From assembly GCA_047947115.1 (NCBI GenBank), contig CP170459.1:640001-704000 (forward strand): a stretch of DNA of 64,000 bases, read 5' to 3'. The translations under genes and the position numbers were made by a program. Source of the DNA: Verrucomicrobiota bacterium (GTDB lineage: Bacteria; Verrucomicrobiota; Verrucomicrobiia; Limisphaerales; AAA164-E04). Each line of letters begins with the position of its first letter. Positions within the stretch are counted from its first letter, which is position 1. Under the pieces are notes generated by a model that was given only the letters and a program-made list of their open reading frames with translations, was not told the DNA's origin and did no database searches. Below are positions 1-9,258 of the stretch, piece after piece.

Positions 1-744
1 GCGCGCCGCCAAAGCGTGAACCTGGTTGGTGTTGTGATCAAGTTTCTCGTGAAGTTCATGTTCAGGAATTTCAGATGCCTGGAACCCATACTCAAAAGCG
101 TGCATCTGGAGAGAGATCTCGGCGGATGAACTGCGACCTTCATTCCAGAGGGTAGATTCGGACCAGGCATAGGATCGGACTACATTTCCATCAATCAACC
201 TCACCCATGCGTGTTCGCGCATCACGACATCCATGCAGAAGAACTGCACTTCTCCCACCACCGAACTGACGTTTCGCATGAAACCATAAAAAGCGTCCAC
301 ATCATCGGATGGGTTGGGCAGAAAGTGGCCGAAAACCAGCACCCATCCTCTGATGGGAGGGGTGATAAACAAATTTCGTTCGGTTGCCTTACAAAGACCT
401 TGCTCCCAGGAACATACTTCTGCATTGGTCACACCCAGCGCGTTGCGTACCAATCCCAGATTGCGGGTCCGGAAGGCCATCCAGCGCCGGGGCTGCCCAA
501 ACACATAGGTAGGTATGGGGTGGGGTGTTTTCCAGAGAGATTTCCTGTTTGTAGGGAGAATGGGCAAATCCGAATGACGTTGCCGACGAAAGACATACAT
601 GGTCAGAAAGAAAACAGCCAGACAACAGGCGAACATCGAACCCAACAAGATGACCGACCACATCAGGAGATCGGTCCTTCCCAACGGATCGCCTGCGGTC
701 AAAGTCTTCAAAAAAACTTGAATGCGTTCCAAAATCGCCATCAT
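1..744 (-). CDS. Hypothetical membrane-anchored protein, partial (runs off window start)
   Basis: Not in the ORF track. Manual translation from ATG 744/741 is open to base 1: MAILERIQVFLKT...MWSVILLGSMFACCLAVFFLTMYVFRRQR (TM segment)...LFITPPIRGWVLVFGHFLPNPSDDVD...HAWVRLIDGNVVRSYAW...LWNEG. Confidence 0.75.
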   Translation of the reverse strand, partial: MMAILERIQVFLKTLTAGDPLGRTDLLMWSVILLGSMFACCLAVFFLTMYVFRRQRHSDLPILPTNRKSLWKTPHPIPTYVFGQPRRWMAFRTRNLGLVRNALGVTNAEVCSWEQGLCKATERNLFITPPIRGWVLVFGHFLPNPSDDVDAFYGFMRNVSSVVGEVQFFCMDVVMREHAWVRLIDGNVVRSYAWSESTLWNEGRSSSAEISLQMHAFEYGFQASEIPEHELHEKLDHNTNQVHALAAR

Positions 745-1000
745 TGCAAAATTATCTCTTCATAGAAGATGATGCGCAGCCGCCCAAACCTACAATGCCC
801 CCGGTTGGCGCACACAAGATCTCGCTTAACGGTGAAAGTGCGACAGAAAGGCGTTTTTTTCAATGCAAAAAAATCAAACTTACTCACATAAACCAATATT
901 CCGTAGAATCATCATGCATCAGCACCCATCACACGTTACATGAACTTAAACAGAATCATCACGTTGGAAAATTTACTCAGGGACGCGCCCTTGTTTTGAC

Positions 1001-1792
1001 TTGGCAATGCCTCCCCTATTAGACTCAGCGCGCATGGCGCCTAACTCCAATTACCAACGACTCCACGCGCAATCCTTCACTCTTTCAGCAGAGCATCAAC
1101 TGGTTGCCGGATGTCTGGTTTCTGCTGGTTTCGAACATTTTCCGCATTTTGTGGAAGATCTGGACAGCTGGTTGCATTCCGAAGAAAAGTTGTATTACGG
1201 GATATTGACCGCCAAGCAACGTCAAACCTCCTACCTGTTGGGGCGTATTTCAGCGAAAAGAGCACTGCTAGAACTTGCGCCCAACCATCCTTATACTTCC
1301 ATAAACATCTGCATGGGAGCTTTTAAGGATCCGATTCCTCATTTTCCATGCGATCGACCGCTGCAAGTCGGTATTACCCATTCCTCAACCATGGCCGCTG
1401 CACTGGCTTTTCCGGCTACTCAACCCATGGCAATCGACATGGAAGATCTTGACAGCAGACGAGCACGGACCATGAAGAAACATTGTGACCCGAAGGAGTG
1501 GAACGACATGGACGCATCCGACATGGACCCAACCTTGCTGTATTCCATACTCTGGACAGCCAAAGAGGCGGTGGCAAAGGTCTTGCGCATCGGGTTAACA
1601 TCTCCCTTGGAACTCATGGCTGTGAAAGAACTGCAAACGCACCCGGAAGGTGGGTGGACCGGATTCTATCAACAATTCACACAATACCAGTTTCGCACCT
1701 GGCTGATAGACCATCGTGTCATCTCGATCGTTTTCCCCAAAAAATCACGCCTGCTTTTCCCGGAAAAGACCCCCATCTTACCCTCCCATTAA
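1001..1792 (+). CDS. 4'-phosphopantetheinyl transferase, Sfp-like
   Basis: SYLLGRISAKRAL, VGITHS, MAIDME and WTAKEAVAK motifs of Sfp-type PPTases; true start may be 1034. Confidence 0.85.
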   Translation: MAMPPLLDSARMAPNSNYQRLHAQSFTLSAEHQLVAGCLVSAGFEHFPHFVEDLDSWLHSEEKLYYGILTAKQRQTSYLLGRISAKRALLELAPNHPYTSINICMGAFKDPIPHFPCDRPLQVGITHSSTMAAALAFPATQPMAIDMEDLDSRRARTMKKHCDPKEWNDMDASDMDPTLLYSILWTAKEAVAKVLRIGLTSPLELMAVKELQTHPEGGWTGFYQQFTQYQFRTWLIDHRVISIVFPKKSRLLFPEKTPILPSH

Positions 1793-1827
1793 ATCGGAAA
1801 CGAACCAACGGCCCCTTCCCAAGTGCA

Positions 1828-4800
1828 TCATGGGGTGCCTTCCGCTGCCCCCGAAGACTTGCCAGAAGACGCCAGTTGATCAATGACTGCGAGAAATTGG
1901 GCGATATCAAGGGGCTTCACCAGATAGTCCGCAACCCCCATGGATTTCAGCCGTGTGATTTGTGAAGGTTGTGCATCCGCGCTTAAAATGCAGATTGGGA
2001 TGTCTTGAGTGGATGGCTGCTTCTTCAATATTTCCACCACCTCGTCACCATTCATATCAGGCAGATTCAAATCCAGAAGAATCAAATCTGGATGGCTCTT
2101 ATCAGCCATCTGGATTCCCTTATTGCCGTAAGCGGTGGACATCAAACGCACATTGGGCCGCAGTTCAAGCAACTGCTTCACAAGGCTCAAATTGTCTTCG
2201 TTATCCTCAATGTAAAGTATCTTGGTCTGATCGAAATTTAAAACGTCCTTCCTTTCAACTATGGATGTGTCCGTTTTAACGGATGTTTTCATTTTACTTC
2301 GAGAAATCATTTTCAGCCCCACCGAAAAAGTGGTTCCTATTCCAGGCTCAGACTGTACCTCAATACTCCCGCCCATGGCTTCGATCAATTTTTTACTCAA
2401 AGCCAGCCCCAGCCCCGTGCCCTCGATCTGGCTCCGCTGCTCAGCACCCAACCGATCAAATGGAACAAACAAACGATCCATTTTCTCCTTTGGAATGCCA
2501 TTCCCTTCATCATTGAAATGGATCTCCAAGCGGTCGCTCTCTGTTTTCTGACATCGGATATACAGTGTGCCTCCGACTCGATTGTATTTGATCCCATTGG
2601 AAATTAAATTCATGAATACCTGCTGCAATCGCCTTCCATCTGCAACAACCCGCGAGTCGCCGGGACACGCCACATCCAGAACCACAGCCGCCTGAAAGTC
2701 GCTTGCCAACGGGCTCAACATGTCAATCCCCTCCCTCAATAAGGGCATTACCAAAACACCATTCGGCGAGAAATGAAGCTGTTCACTTTGAATTCGCTCA
2801 ATATCCAGGACGTCATTGATCAGGTTCAACAAATGTTTTCCCGCCCGATGAATCCGATCGATATTACTCAGTTCACGCGTACCCATGGGGGCCATTTTAA
2901 GCAATTTGGAAAATCCAAGAATGCTGTTGAGCGGTGTGCGCAGTTCATGACTCATGCGTGAAAGAAATTCACTTTGAGCCTTATTGGCAGCTTCGGCATC
3001 ATCCCGCGCTTCTCTGAGAGTTTTCTCGTGCTGATGAACAGAAGTCACATCTGTCATAGTCCAGATTCGATGTGTCAAAGCCCCCGCTCCATCAGACACG
3101 GGAGCCACCTTGATCTCACACCAGATGGAACAACCATCCTTACGATATGCAAGCAAGGTCACTCCAGTCTCTGAATCTGAGTGAATGGCCTTCTTCAATA
3201 CAGTTACATCAGCCGGGTCGGATTCGGGACCCAACAAAATTTCCAGGTCTTTACCAATGATTTCCTCCTGTGAAGAACCAAACATCTCAAGAAACGTTCG
3301 GTTCACATGGATGATGGAGGCCGAATCGGATTCACTGATGACAATTCCATTGCTGGCTGCATTCAAGGCACGATCACTCAAATCCAGCTCCCGTGTGCGT
3401 TCCTGAATGCGCTTTTCAAGCAGACGGTGACTCTTGCTAATGCGGCGCACCCGAAGCCTGTATCCCCCGAGCAGGACGGTTCCCAACAGCAGGAGGACCA
3501 GCAAACGAAAACTTCCGGTTGCCCAAAAGGGAGCCCTGATTATGAAACGAATTGAAGGTTCGATCATGTCCAATTCACCTGAATCTTTTGTGGAAGCCAC
3601 TTCAAACTGGTAGTTTCCTGGAGCGAGATTGGCATAACGCATGGATGTTTTGCTCGAGGGACCCTCCCATTTGTCACTGAACCCGACCAGTCTCCATCGA
3701 TATTTGGAGTGATTGACGCCGCTGAATCGAAGTGAAGAAAAATAAAATTCGACATCATGTTGATTCCATTCAAAAACCTTGGGTGTCGTGTCTTTCTTCC
3801 AACGGTTCAATTCACCAAAATGATGGGTTTGGCCGCTCACCACCATTTTTGTCACGGTTGCAACCGAAGTGGATTCTCCGGAGAATGCAGATGGAGCGAC
3901 CATATCTAAGCCGGATTTGCCCCCAAAAACCAAATTTCCCAACCGATCGACAATAGCAGCCCCCGGTTCGTATTGTTTGTTGACCAATCCATCATTCTGA
4001 TTCAACAACAGCACCGTCCACGGTGAAAATTCGATTCGCAAAAGCCCCTGCCCCGTGCCCGCCCAAACGCGGCCCGAAGGATCTTCCACCAGACTGAGGA
4101 ATACACTGGAAAAACCACTGGCATGGGCATCGAAAATTTGAAACGTGCCTTTTACTCGGTCCATCCAATTCAATCCATTGCGAGTTCCAACCCAGAATCT
4201 ACCAGCCCCATCCTCCAGCATACACCGGACCAGACCGGAACTAATTTTGGTTGGATCGCTCGGATCTGCCAGGTAACGCGTGAATTGTCCGGTTTCCCTG
4301 TGATAACGATTCAGCCCGTTGTCGGTTGCCACCCACAACACTCCGTTCGAATCTTCGTATAAATTCTTGATGGAGTTGTTACTGATCGACAGGGGATCCT
4401 TGGGTTCATTCTTGAACACCTCAAACCCTCCCGTTTCTGTGTCGAGCAGTTTGAGGCCATCTTTGGTGGCCACCCAGAACTGGCCGAAGGAGTCTCTGAG
4501 CATGTCACGAATTCTCCGCCCGCTCTTCAACGTCGACGAAGAAGTATCCGGGTCATACCACCGCCATTGATCGGCAGCAGGATCCAATCGATGAAGACCA
4601 GCGCCATTGGTTCCGATCCAAATCGCACCATCCAAATCCTGAAACAAACTGACGATGTCATCGATCTTTAACCCGCCCGAAACACCATCGCCACTGGTCC
4701 AATGTTTCACCGCATGAGTGGATTGATCAATGCTATACAGCCCGTTAATGGAAGTGCCTACCCACAAGGCACCGTCCCGATCTTCCAACAAAGCCTGAAC

Positions 4801-6003
4801 GTCGAATGCGTGGGGCAAAGGGGATTGCAAATGGTCCCTCCAATCCACCACCCCCGGTTGAAGAGGGCGTACCATGTAAATATCTCCGCGATTCCCACCC
4901 ACCCAAAGCATCCCTTCGCGATCAAAAAAACCACAGGAAGGTCTCGTGAAATCCTGAGGATTGTTACCGGCAAGATAAAAGTGATCAAACTCCTGTGTCA
5001 CAGGATCAAACCGGGTCAGGGCATTGTATAAATTCTGGTAACCAAACCACAACGCACCATCATCAGACAACTCGCAAAAAATCACATCACCATCGAGAGC
5101 TCCGTCTCCTTGAACGCCAGCAGCACCCAAAACCGGAATAGGCATCCACTGATCAAGATCCGGATCCCAAAGTATGACCGCACGGTTATCCATCAGCAAC
5201 CAGACCTGTCCATCTCCATTTCCCACTCCACTGTAAATCCTTCTCGAAGTATCGGACACATCTTCCAATTGCACAGATTGAAGAACCGCAGTCTTTTGAA
5301 CGAGATCCAAAACCATCAACCCTTTTTGGTGAGTGATAACGACAAGCCTTTCAGGCCGGGACGGTTCCCATACCATTTCGACAACCTTTTTGGGTTCGTC
5401 CAGCAACAATGAGTCTCCAGAAAATCCACCGCTGCCAATTCGATGAAATGATTTTGATTCGTAATCCAGGAGATAGATCATCCCGGTACTGGATGACACC
5501 CAGAGATCCCCACCGGGTCCTTGATAAATTTTGTCGATATAAATCTCCTGCCCGGTTTGCCAATCCAGAAGTGGGTCTGGCTCCGGTTGGCACAATTCAA
5601 ACCGCTCCCTTTCGCGATCCATGTAATGGAGAATGCCGTTTTCCGTAAGTACCCATAAATCCCCGGGAACAGGCGCCTCAAGTATGGTCGTGACAGAATT
5701 ATCAGTCAGGGATGCCCCATCCCCGCTATGTGACACATAATGTTTGGTTTCATAACCATCAAAACAAATCAAACCATCCTTGGTTCCGATCCATACAAAC
5801 CCGAAAGAATCCTGTTCAAAACAAGCCACCACACTGAAATCTGTGGAATCCAAAGCTTGAAATCGCTCGGACTTGATCGGTTTCAATGGCACTCCATCAA
5901 TCGTCGCAGCAGACAACAGGTGTGCAGAAAACCAGTAAACAGTAAGAAGCCTCCAAAAAAGATTCGGAGCGGTTGCTGCAAAAATGGAACATAAAAACCT
6001 CAT
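1828..6003 (-). CDS. Hybrid sensor histidine kinase: two-component beta-propeller repeats, Y_Y_Y, TM, PAS, HisKA, HATPase, REC
   Basis: Repeated D..G.LWVGT..GL blades; YRWRLVGFSDKW...YANLAPGNYQFEV; APFWAT plus TM; SHELRTPLN H-box; NLISNGIKYN; GTGLGL; REC LLDLNLPDMNG. Confidence 0.95.
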   Translation of the reverse strand: MRFLCSIFAATAPNLFWRLLTVYWFSAHLLSAATIDGVPLKPIKSERFQALDSTDFSVVACFEQDSFGFVWIGTKDGLICFDGYETKHYVSHSGDGASLTDNSVTTILEAPVPGDLWVLTENGILHYMDRERERFELCQPEPDPLLDWQTGQEIYIDKIYQGPGGDLWVSSSTGMIYLLDYESKSFHRIGSGGFSGDSLLLDEPKKVVEMVWEPSRPERLVVITHQKGLMVLDLVQKTAVLQSVQLEDVSDTSRRIYSGVGNGDGQVWLLMDNRAVILWDPDLDQWMPIPVLGAAGVQGDGALDGDVIFCELSDDGALWFGYQNLYNALTRFDPVTQEFDHFYLAGNNPQDFTRPSCGFFDREGMLWVGGNRGDIYMVRPLQPGVVDWRDHLQSPLPHAFDVQALLEDRDGALWVGTSINGLYSIDQSTHAVKHWTSGDGVSGGLKIDDIVSLFQDLDGAIWIGTNGAGLHRLDPAADQWRWYDPDTSSSTLKSGRRIRDMLRDSFGQFWVATKDGLKLLDTETGGFEVFKNEPKDPLSISNNSIKNLYEDSNGVLWVATDNGLNRYHRETGQFTRYLADPSDPTKISSGLVRCMLEDGAGRFWVGTRNGLNWMDRVKGTFQIFDAHASGFSSVFLSLVEDPSGRVWAGTGQGLLRIEFSPWTVLLLNQNDGLVNKQYEPGAAIVDRLGNLVFGGKSGLDMVAPSAFSGESTSVATVTKMVVSGQTHHFGELNRWKKDTTPKVFEWNQHDVEFYFSSLRFSGVNHSKYRWRLVGFSDKWEGPSSKTSMRYANLAPGNYQFEVASTKDSGELDMIEPSIRFIIRAPFWATGSFRLLVLLLLGTVLLGGYRLRVRRISKSHRLLEKRIQERTRELDLSDRALNAASNGIVISESDSASIIHVNRTFLEMFGSSQEEIIGKDLEILLGPESDPADVTVLKKAIHSDSETGVTLLAYRKDGCSIWCEIKVAPVSDGAGALTHRIWTMTDVTSVHQHEKTLREARDDAEAANKAQSEFLSRMSHELRTPLNSILGFSKLLKMAPMGTRELSNIDRIHRAGKHLLNLINDVLDIERIQSEQLHFSPNGVLVMPLLREGIDMLSPLASDFQAAVVLDVACPGDSRVVADGRRLQQVFMNLISNGIKYNRVGGTLYIRCQKTESDRLEIHFNDEGNGIPKEKMDRLFVPFDRLGAEQRSQIEGTGLGLALSKKLIEAMGGSIEVQSEPGIGTTFSVGLKMISRSKMKTSVKTDTSIVERKDVLNFDQTKILYIEDNEDNLSLVKQLLELRPNVRLMSTAYGNKGIQMADKSHPDLILLDLNLPDMNGDEVVEILKKQPSTQDIPICILSADAQPSQITRLKSMGVADYLVKPLDIAQFLAVIDQLASSGKSSGAAEGTP

Positions 6004-6559
6004 GGTGCAATAACGGAAGAATCCCCCTCATGCAGGAATGATCAAAACATTTCCAACAGGTTAAATCAAAATAATAATAAACCTAGAAAGAAGAACAGCC
6101 TACCGATCGCATGCACCATTACACACGAATCAAAAGACTCTGTGTGGAGCAGATAGCCTTCATCTCAAATTGCTACCATGTATGCTTTAATACTGCCACG
6201 CCCTTCCAATTCGGATACCCCTTAAGAAGTTTTTTCAATTATTCAGGTGCGTGTATTTTTACAATTCTATAACATTTTTCCACCGAGCAACAATACGTGT
6301 CATGGTTTAAACAAAACTCTATGTCAGAAGGATTCAATTGGTTTTTTGGCCTTGAAATGTTCAACCGAATAATAGGATGGTAAAGAGTGAAAGGTGACTA
6401 TATGAAAAATGTGGAGTCATTTGCAAAATTGATTCGATAACCGATGACCAGTCATAAACATGCAGCACCAACGCTCCATTGAGCTGGGAGGAGGGCTCAG
6501 TTCGAAAGTTTTGAGCATGCCCCCGCACATGCAACCTTTATTAGTGCTCTCTACCAAAC

Positions 6560-7117
6560 ATGTACGGATTAGTAAACAAGGCTGTGGAAGGATTGATCAC
6601 TTCCAAATTCGGTGAAGAAACCTGGGAGAACATCAAAGCTGATGCCGGTGTCGATGTGGATATTTTTATCAGCAACGAATCATATCCTGACGATATAACT
6701 TATAAACTGGCAATTGCCGCCAGCGAGAGACTCAACATGCCTCTTGGAGATATCTTGAAAGCTTTGGGCCATTATTGGGTCACCCATGTCGCGGAAAAAC
6801 ACTACGGGGCTATGATGGTCGCGGGAGGATCAACTTTTCAGGAATTCATTGCCAATCTCCCCAACTTTCATCGCCGTGTTCGTATGATTTTCCCCGACCT
6901 TGAACCGCCCGTGTTCACGGTACGAACTAGTTCCGAGCACTCTTTGGAACTTATTTATGAATCAACCAGGGAGGGACTGGAAGATTTTGTCATCGGTCTA
7001 CTGCAAGGCCTTGGAGACAGATACAAAGTAAACATCCACATCCAAAGCGAGCCAATTGAAGCACCGGTTCAATCATCCATCATTACCATGGTTTTGTTTA
7101 AGATCTACTGGTCCTGA
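6560..7117 (+). CDS. H-NOX (heme NO/O2-binding, HNOB) protein
   Basis: MYGLVN...FGEETWENI start; proximal His in NLPNFHRRV; PP.F; YxSxR heme motif (YESTR). Confidence 0.95.
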   Translation: MYGLVNKAVEGLITSKFGEETWENIKADAGVDVDIFISNESYPDDITYKLAIAASERLNMPLGDILKALGHYWVTHVAEKHYGAMMVAGGSTFQEFIANLPNFHRRVRMIFPDLEPPVFTVRTSSEHSLELIYESTREGLEDFVIGLLQGLGDRYKVNIHIQSEPIEAPVQSSIITMVLFKIYWS

Positions 7118-7122
7118 AACAT

Positions 7123-9249
7123 ATGAACTCAAAAATACTCATCTATTTTGATGCAATCAAAAGGCTGTTTCCATTTTTTTTCACAGCTGATTCGCAGTCG
7201 AATATAGTCGAGTTTGGTCCTTCCTTGGCCAAGATTGTTCCCAGGATCAAGCCAGGCATGGCCCTGCGGGATGTTTTTCGGCCTCTGAGCTCCCATGACC
7301 TGGAACTCCTTGAGAGTAACGAAGGACCGACAGGCACACTATGTCTATTCAGTCCACTGGGTTCTGATTTGATTCTTCGAGGTGAGTTTACCCCATTGGA
7401 TGCAGGCACTCGTTTTTTTGCCGGATCCCCCTGGATTCAGGATTCAGCAGATTTAAATCGCCTCAAACTGGAGATCGATGATTTCGCTGTACACGATCCC
7501 GTTCTTGATTTACTGAATGTCATTCAGTCAGAACGCATGGCCAAGTCGGAAATCCACGACCTGGTCCGCCGATTAAAGACCCAGCAAGCTACACTCCAAA
7601 AGGCCAATGAAACGCTGGAAGAGCAAAACCGCACTATTCTTGCGGCACAGGGGGAAATTCTGGTTACACAAGCAGAATTAAAGCTCAAAGAAGCAGAAGC
7701 ACGCAAGCTGGCCCTTGTGGCCAGTCGCACCACTAACGCCGTGATCATCACCGATCCCAAGGGACATATTGAATGGGCCAATGCGGGATTTGAACGCATG
7801 ACGCAGTTCTCCTTGGAAGAAGTTGTCGGAACGAAACCCGGGGAATTGCTCCAGGGCTCGGATAGCCAGGCGAAAGAGATCGCCTTCATGAGGAAAAAGA
7901 TCGCCAAAGCTGAAGGATTTAAAACAGAACTCATCAACTACACCAAATCCGGACAGGCGTATTGGGTTGCGATCGAAGTCCAACCGGTATTTAACAAGGA
8001 GCGTCAACTAACAAATTTCATAGGCATAAGTACAGACATAACCAAAGATCGGAAATCCAAGGAGCGACTGAGACTGGCAAAGCAAAAAGCCGAAGAAGCA
8101 AATCTTTCCAAGAGCGAATTTTTATCTCGCATGAGCCATGAGTTACGCACTCCCTTGAATGGGATTCTCGGTTTCGGAGAATTGCTGAAAATGAGTCCTC
8201 TTACGACAAGGCAGTTCCAAAACGTGGAACACATCATCAAAGCAGGTGATCACCTGCTGGACTTGATCAACGAAGTGTTGGACTTGTCATCAATAGAGGC
8301 CGGTGCTTTAAACCTTAAAATGGAGTCCGTTCAAATATATCATATCATTGATGAGGCAATCCACTTGACTCAAGTTCTGGCAAAAGAAAGGGAAGTAGTT
8401 GTCACACTGGAGACTTCAATTCCCCGCGATTTACATATTAAGGCAGACACCCAACGCATCAAACAGGTTTTACTTAACCTTATTTCCAACGCCATCAAAT
8501 ACAATGTCCAAGGAGGAGTGGTTCAGGTCGGTGCCCAAAAGAGAACCGACTCGGTTTGGAGATTTCTCGTGAAGGATAGTGGCCACGGCATTCCTCCAGA
8601 TCAGATGCAAAATATATTTAAACCATTCGTTCGGATAGAAAACAATCAATCCGAAGCAGAGGGAACAGGACTGGGGCTGGCTCTTTCTAAAAAACTTGTC
8701 GAAGCTATGAATGGGCAAATCGGCGTTCACTCCAACCAGAACCAAGGATGTGTCTTTTGGCTCGAATGCGAAGCAATCACGCCTCAGGATCAGATCAGTG
8801 GCAGCCACTCGCAGCCACATCCAAATCAACTACTTCTTCCGGATGAGACACATACAGGAAGCGTTCTTTACATTGAAAATAATCTGGAAAACCTACAATT
8901 GGTTGAGCAGGTGATGGAGGCCCGTCCCAATGTGAAACTGTTGTCAACAATGTACGGTATGCATGGTTTGCAAATGGCAAGAGAAAAGCAACCAGATCTG
9001 GTCATCCTGGATCTTCATCTCCCCGACTGTCACGGGCGGGAGGTTTTACGGCAAATAAAACAATCAGAAAAGTCCAAAAACATTCACGTGATCATTCTGA
9101 GCGCAGACGCCATGAATGCCACAATCGACGAGATGCGAGAGCTTGGAGCAGACCAATATCTCAGCAAACCATTGAAAGTTTTAAACTTTCTGAAAACTTT
9201 GGACAAATTTCTCCCGCAAACACCTTCCGGGGGAACTGTAAAACCCTGA
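7123..9249 (+). CDS. H-NOX-associated hybrid histidine kinase: HNOBA(H-NOXA), coiled coil, PAS, HisKA, HATPase, REC
   Basis: LFPFFF...GPSLAKIVP and LRGEF...GSPW...DDFAVHDPVLDLL resemble the HNOBA domain of soluble guanylate cyclase; SHELRTPLN; GTGLGL; REC LDLHLPD; 5 bp after hnoX. Confidence 0.9.
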   Translation: MNSKILIYFDAIKRLFPFFFTADSQSNIVEFGPSLAKIVPRIKPGMALRDVFRPLSSHDLELLESNEGPTGTLCLFSPLGSDLILRGEFTPLDAGTRFFAGSPWIQDSADLNRLKLEIDDFAVHDPVLDLLNVIQSERMAKSEIHDLVRRLKTQQATLQKANETLEEQNRTILAAQGEILVTQAELKLKEAEARKLALVASRTTNAVIITDPKGHIEWANAGFERMTQFSLEEVVGTKPGELLQGSDSQAKEIAFMRKKIAKAEGFKTELINYTKSGQAYWVAIEVQPVFNKERQLTNFIGISTDITKDRKSKERLRLAKQKAEEANLSKSEFLSRMSHELRTPLNGILGFGELLKMSPLTTRQFQNVEHIIKAGDHLLDLINEVLDLSSIEAGALNLKMESVQIYHIIDEAIHLTQVLAKEREVVVTLETSIPRDLHIKADTQRIKQVLLNLISNAIKYNVQGGVVQVGAQKRTDSVWRFLVKDSGHGIPPDQMQNIFKPFVRIENNQSEAEGTGLGLALSKKLVEAMNGQIGVHSNQNQGCVFWLECEAITPQDQISGSHSQPHPNQLLLPDETHTGSVLYIENNLENLQLVEQVMEARPNVKLLSTMYGMHGLQMAREKQPDLVILDLHLPDCHGREVLRQIKQSEKSKNIHVIILSADAMNATIDEMRELGADQYLSKPLKVLNFLKTLDKFLPQTPSGGTVKP

Positions 9250-9258
9250 TTCACGCAC

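Noticed and set aside
211..765. 184-aa plus-strand ORF
   Set aside because: Antisense shadow of the longer minus-strand gene at 1..744
6004..6559. Possible riboswitch/ncRNA (GCTCA...GAAA...TGAGC hairpin near 6495-6520) upstream of H-NOX
   Set aside because: It does not match a c-di-GMP or other riboswitch consensus I can recognise; it needs an Rfam scan
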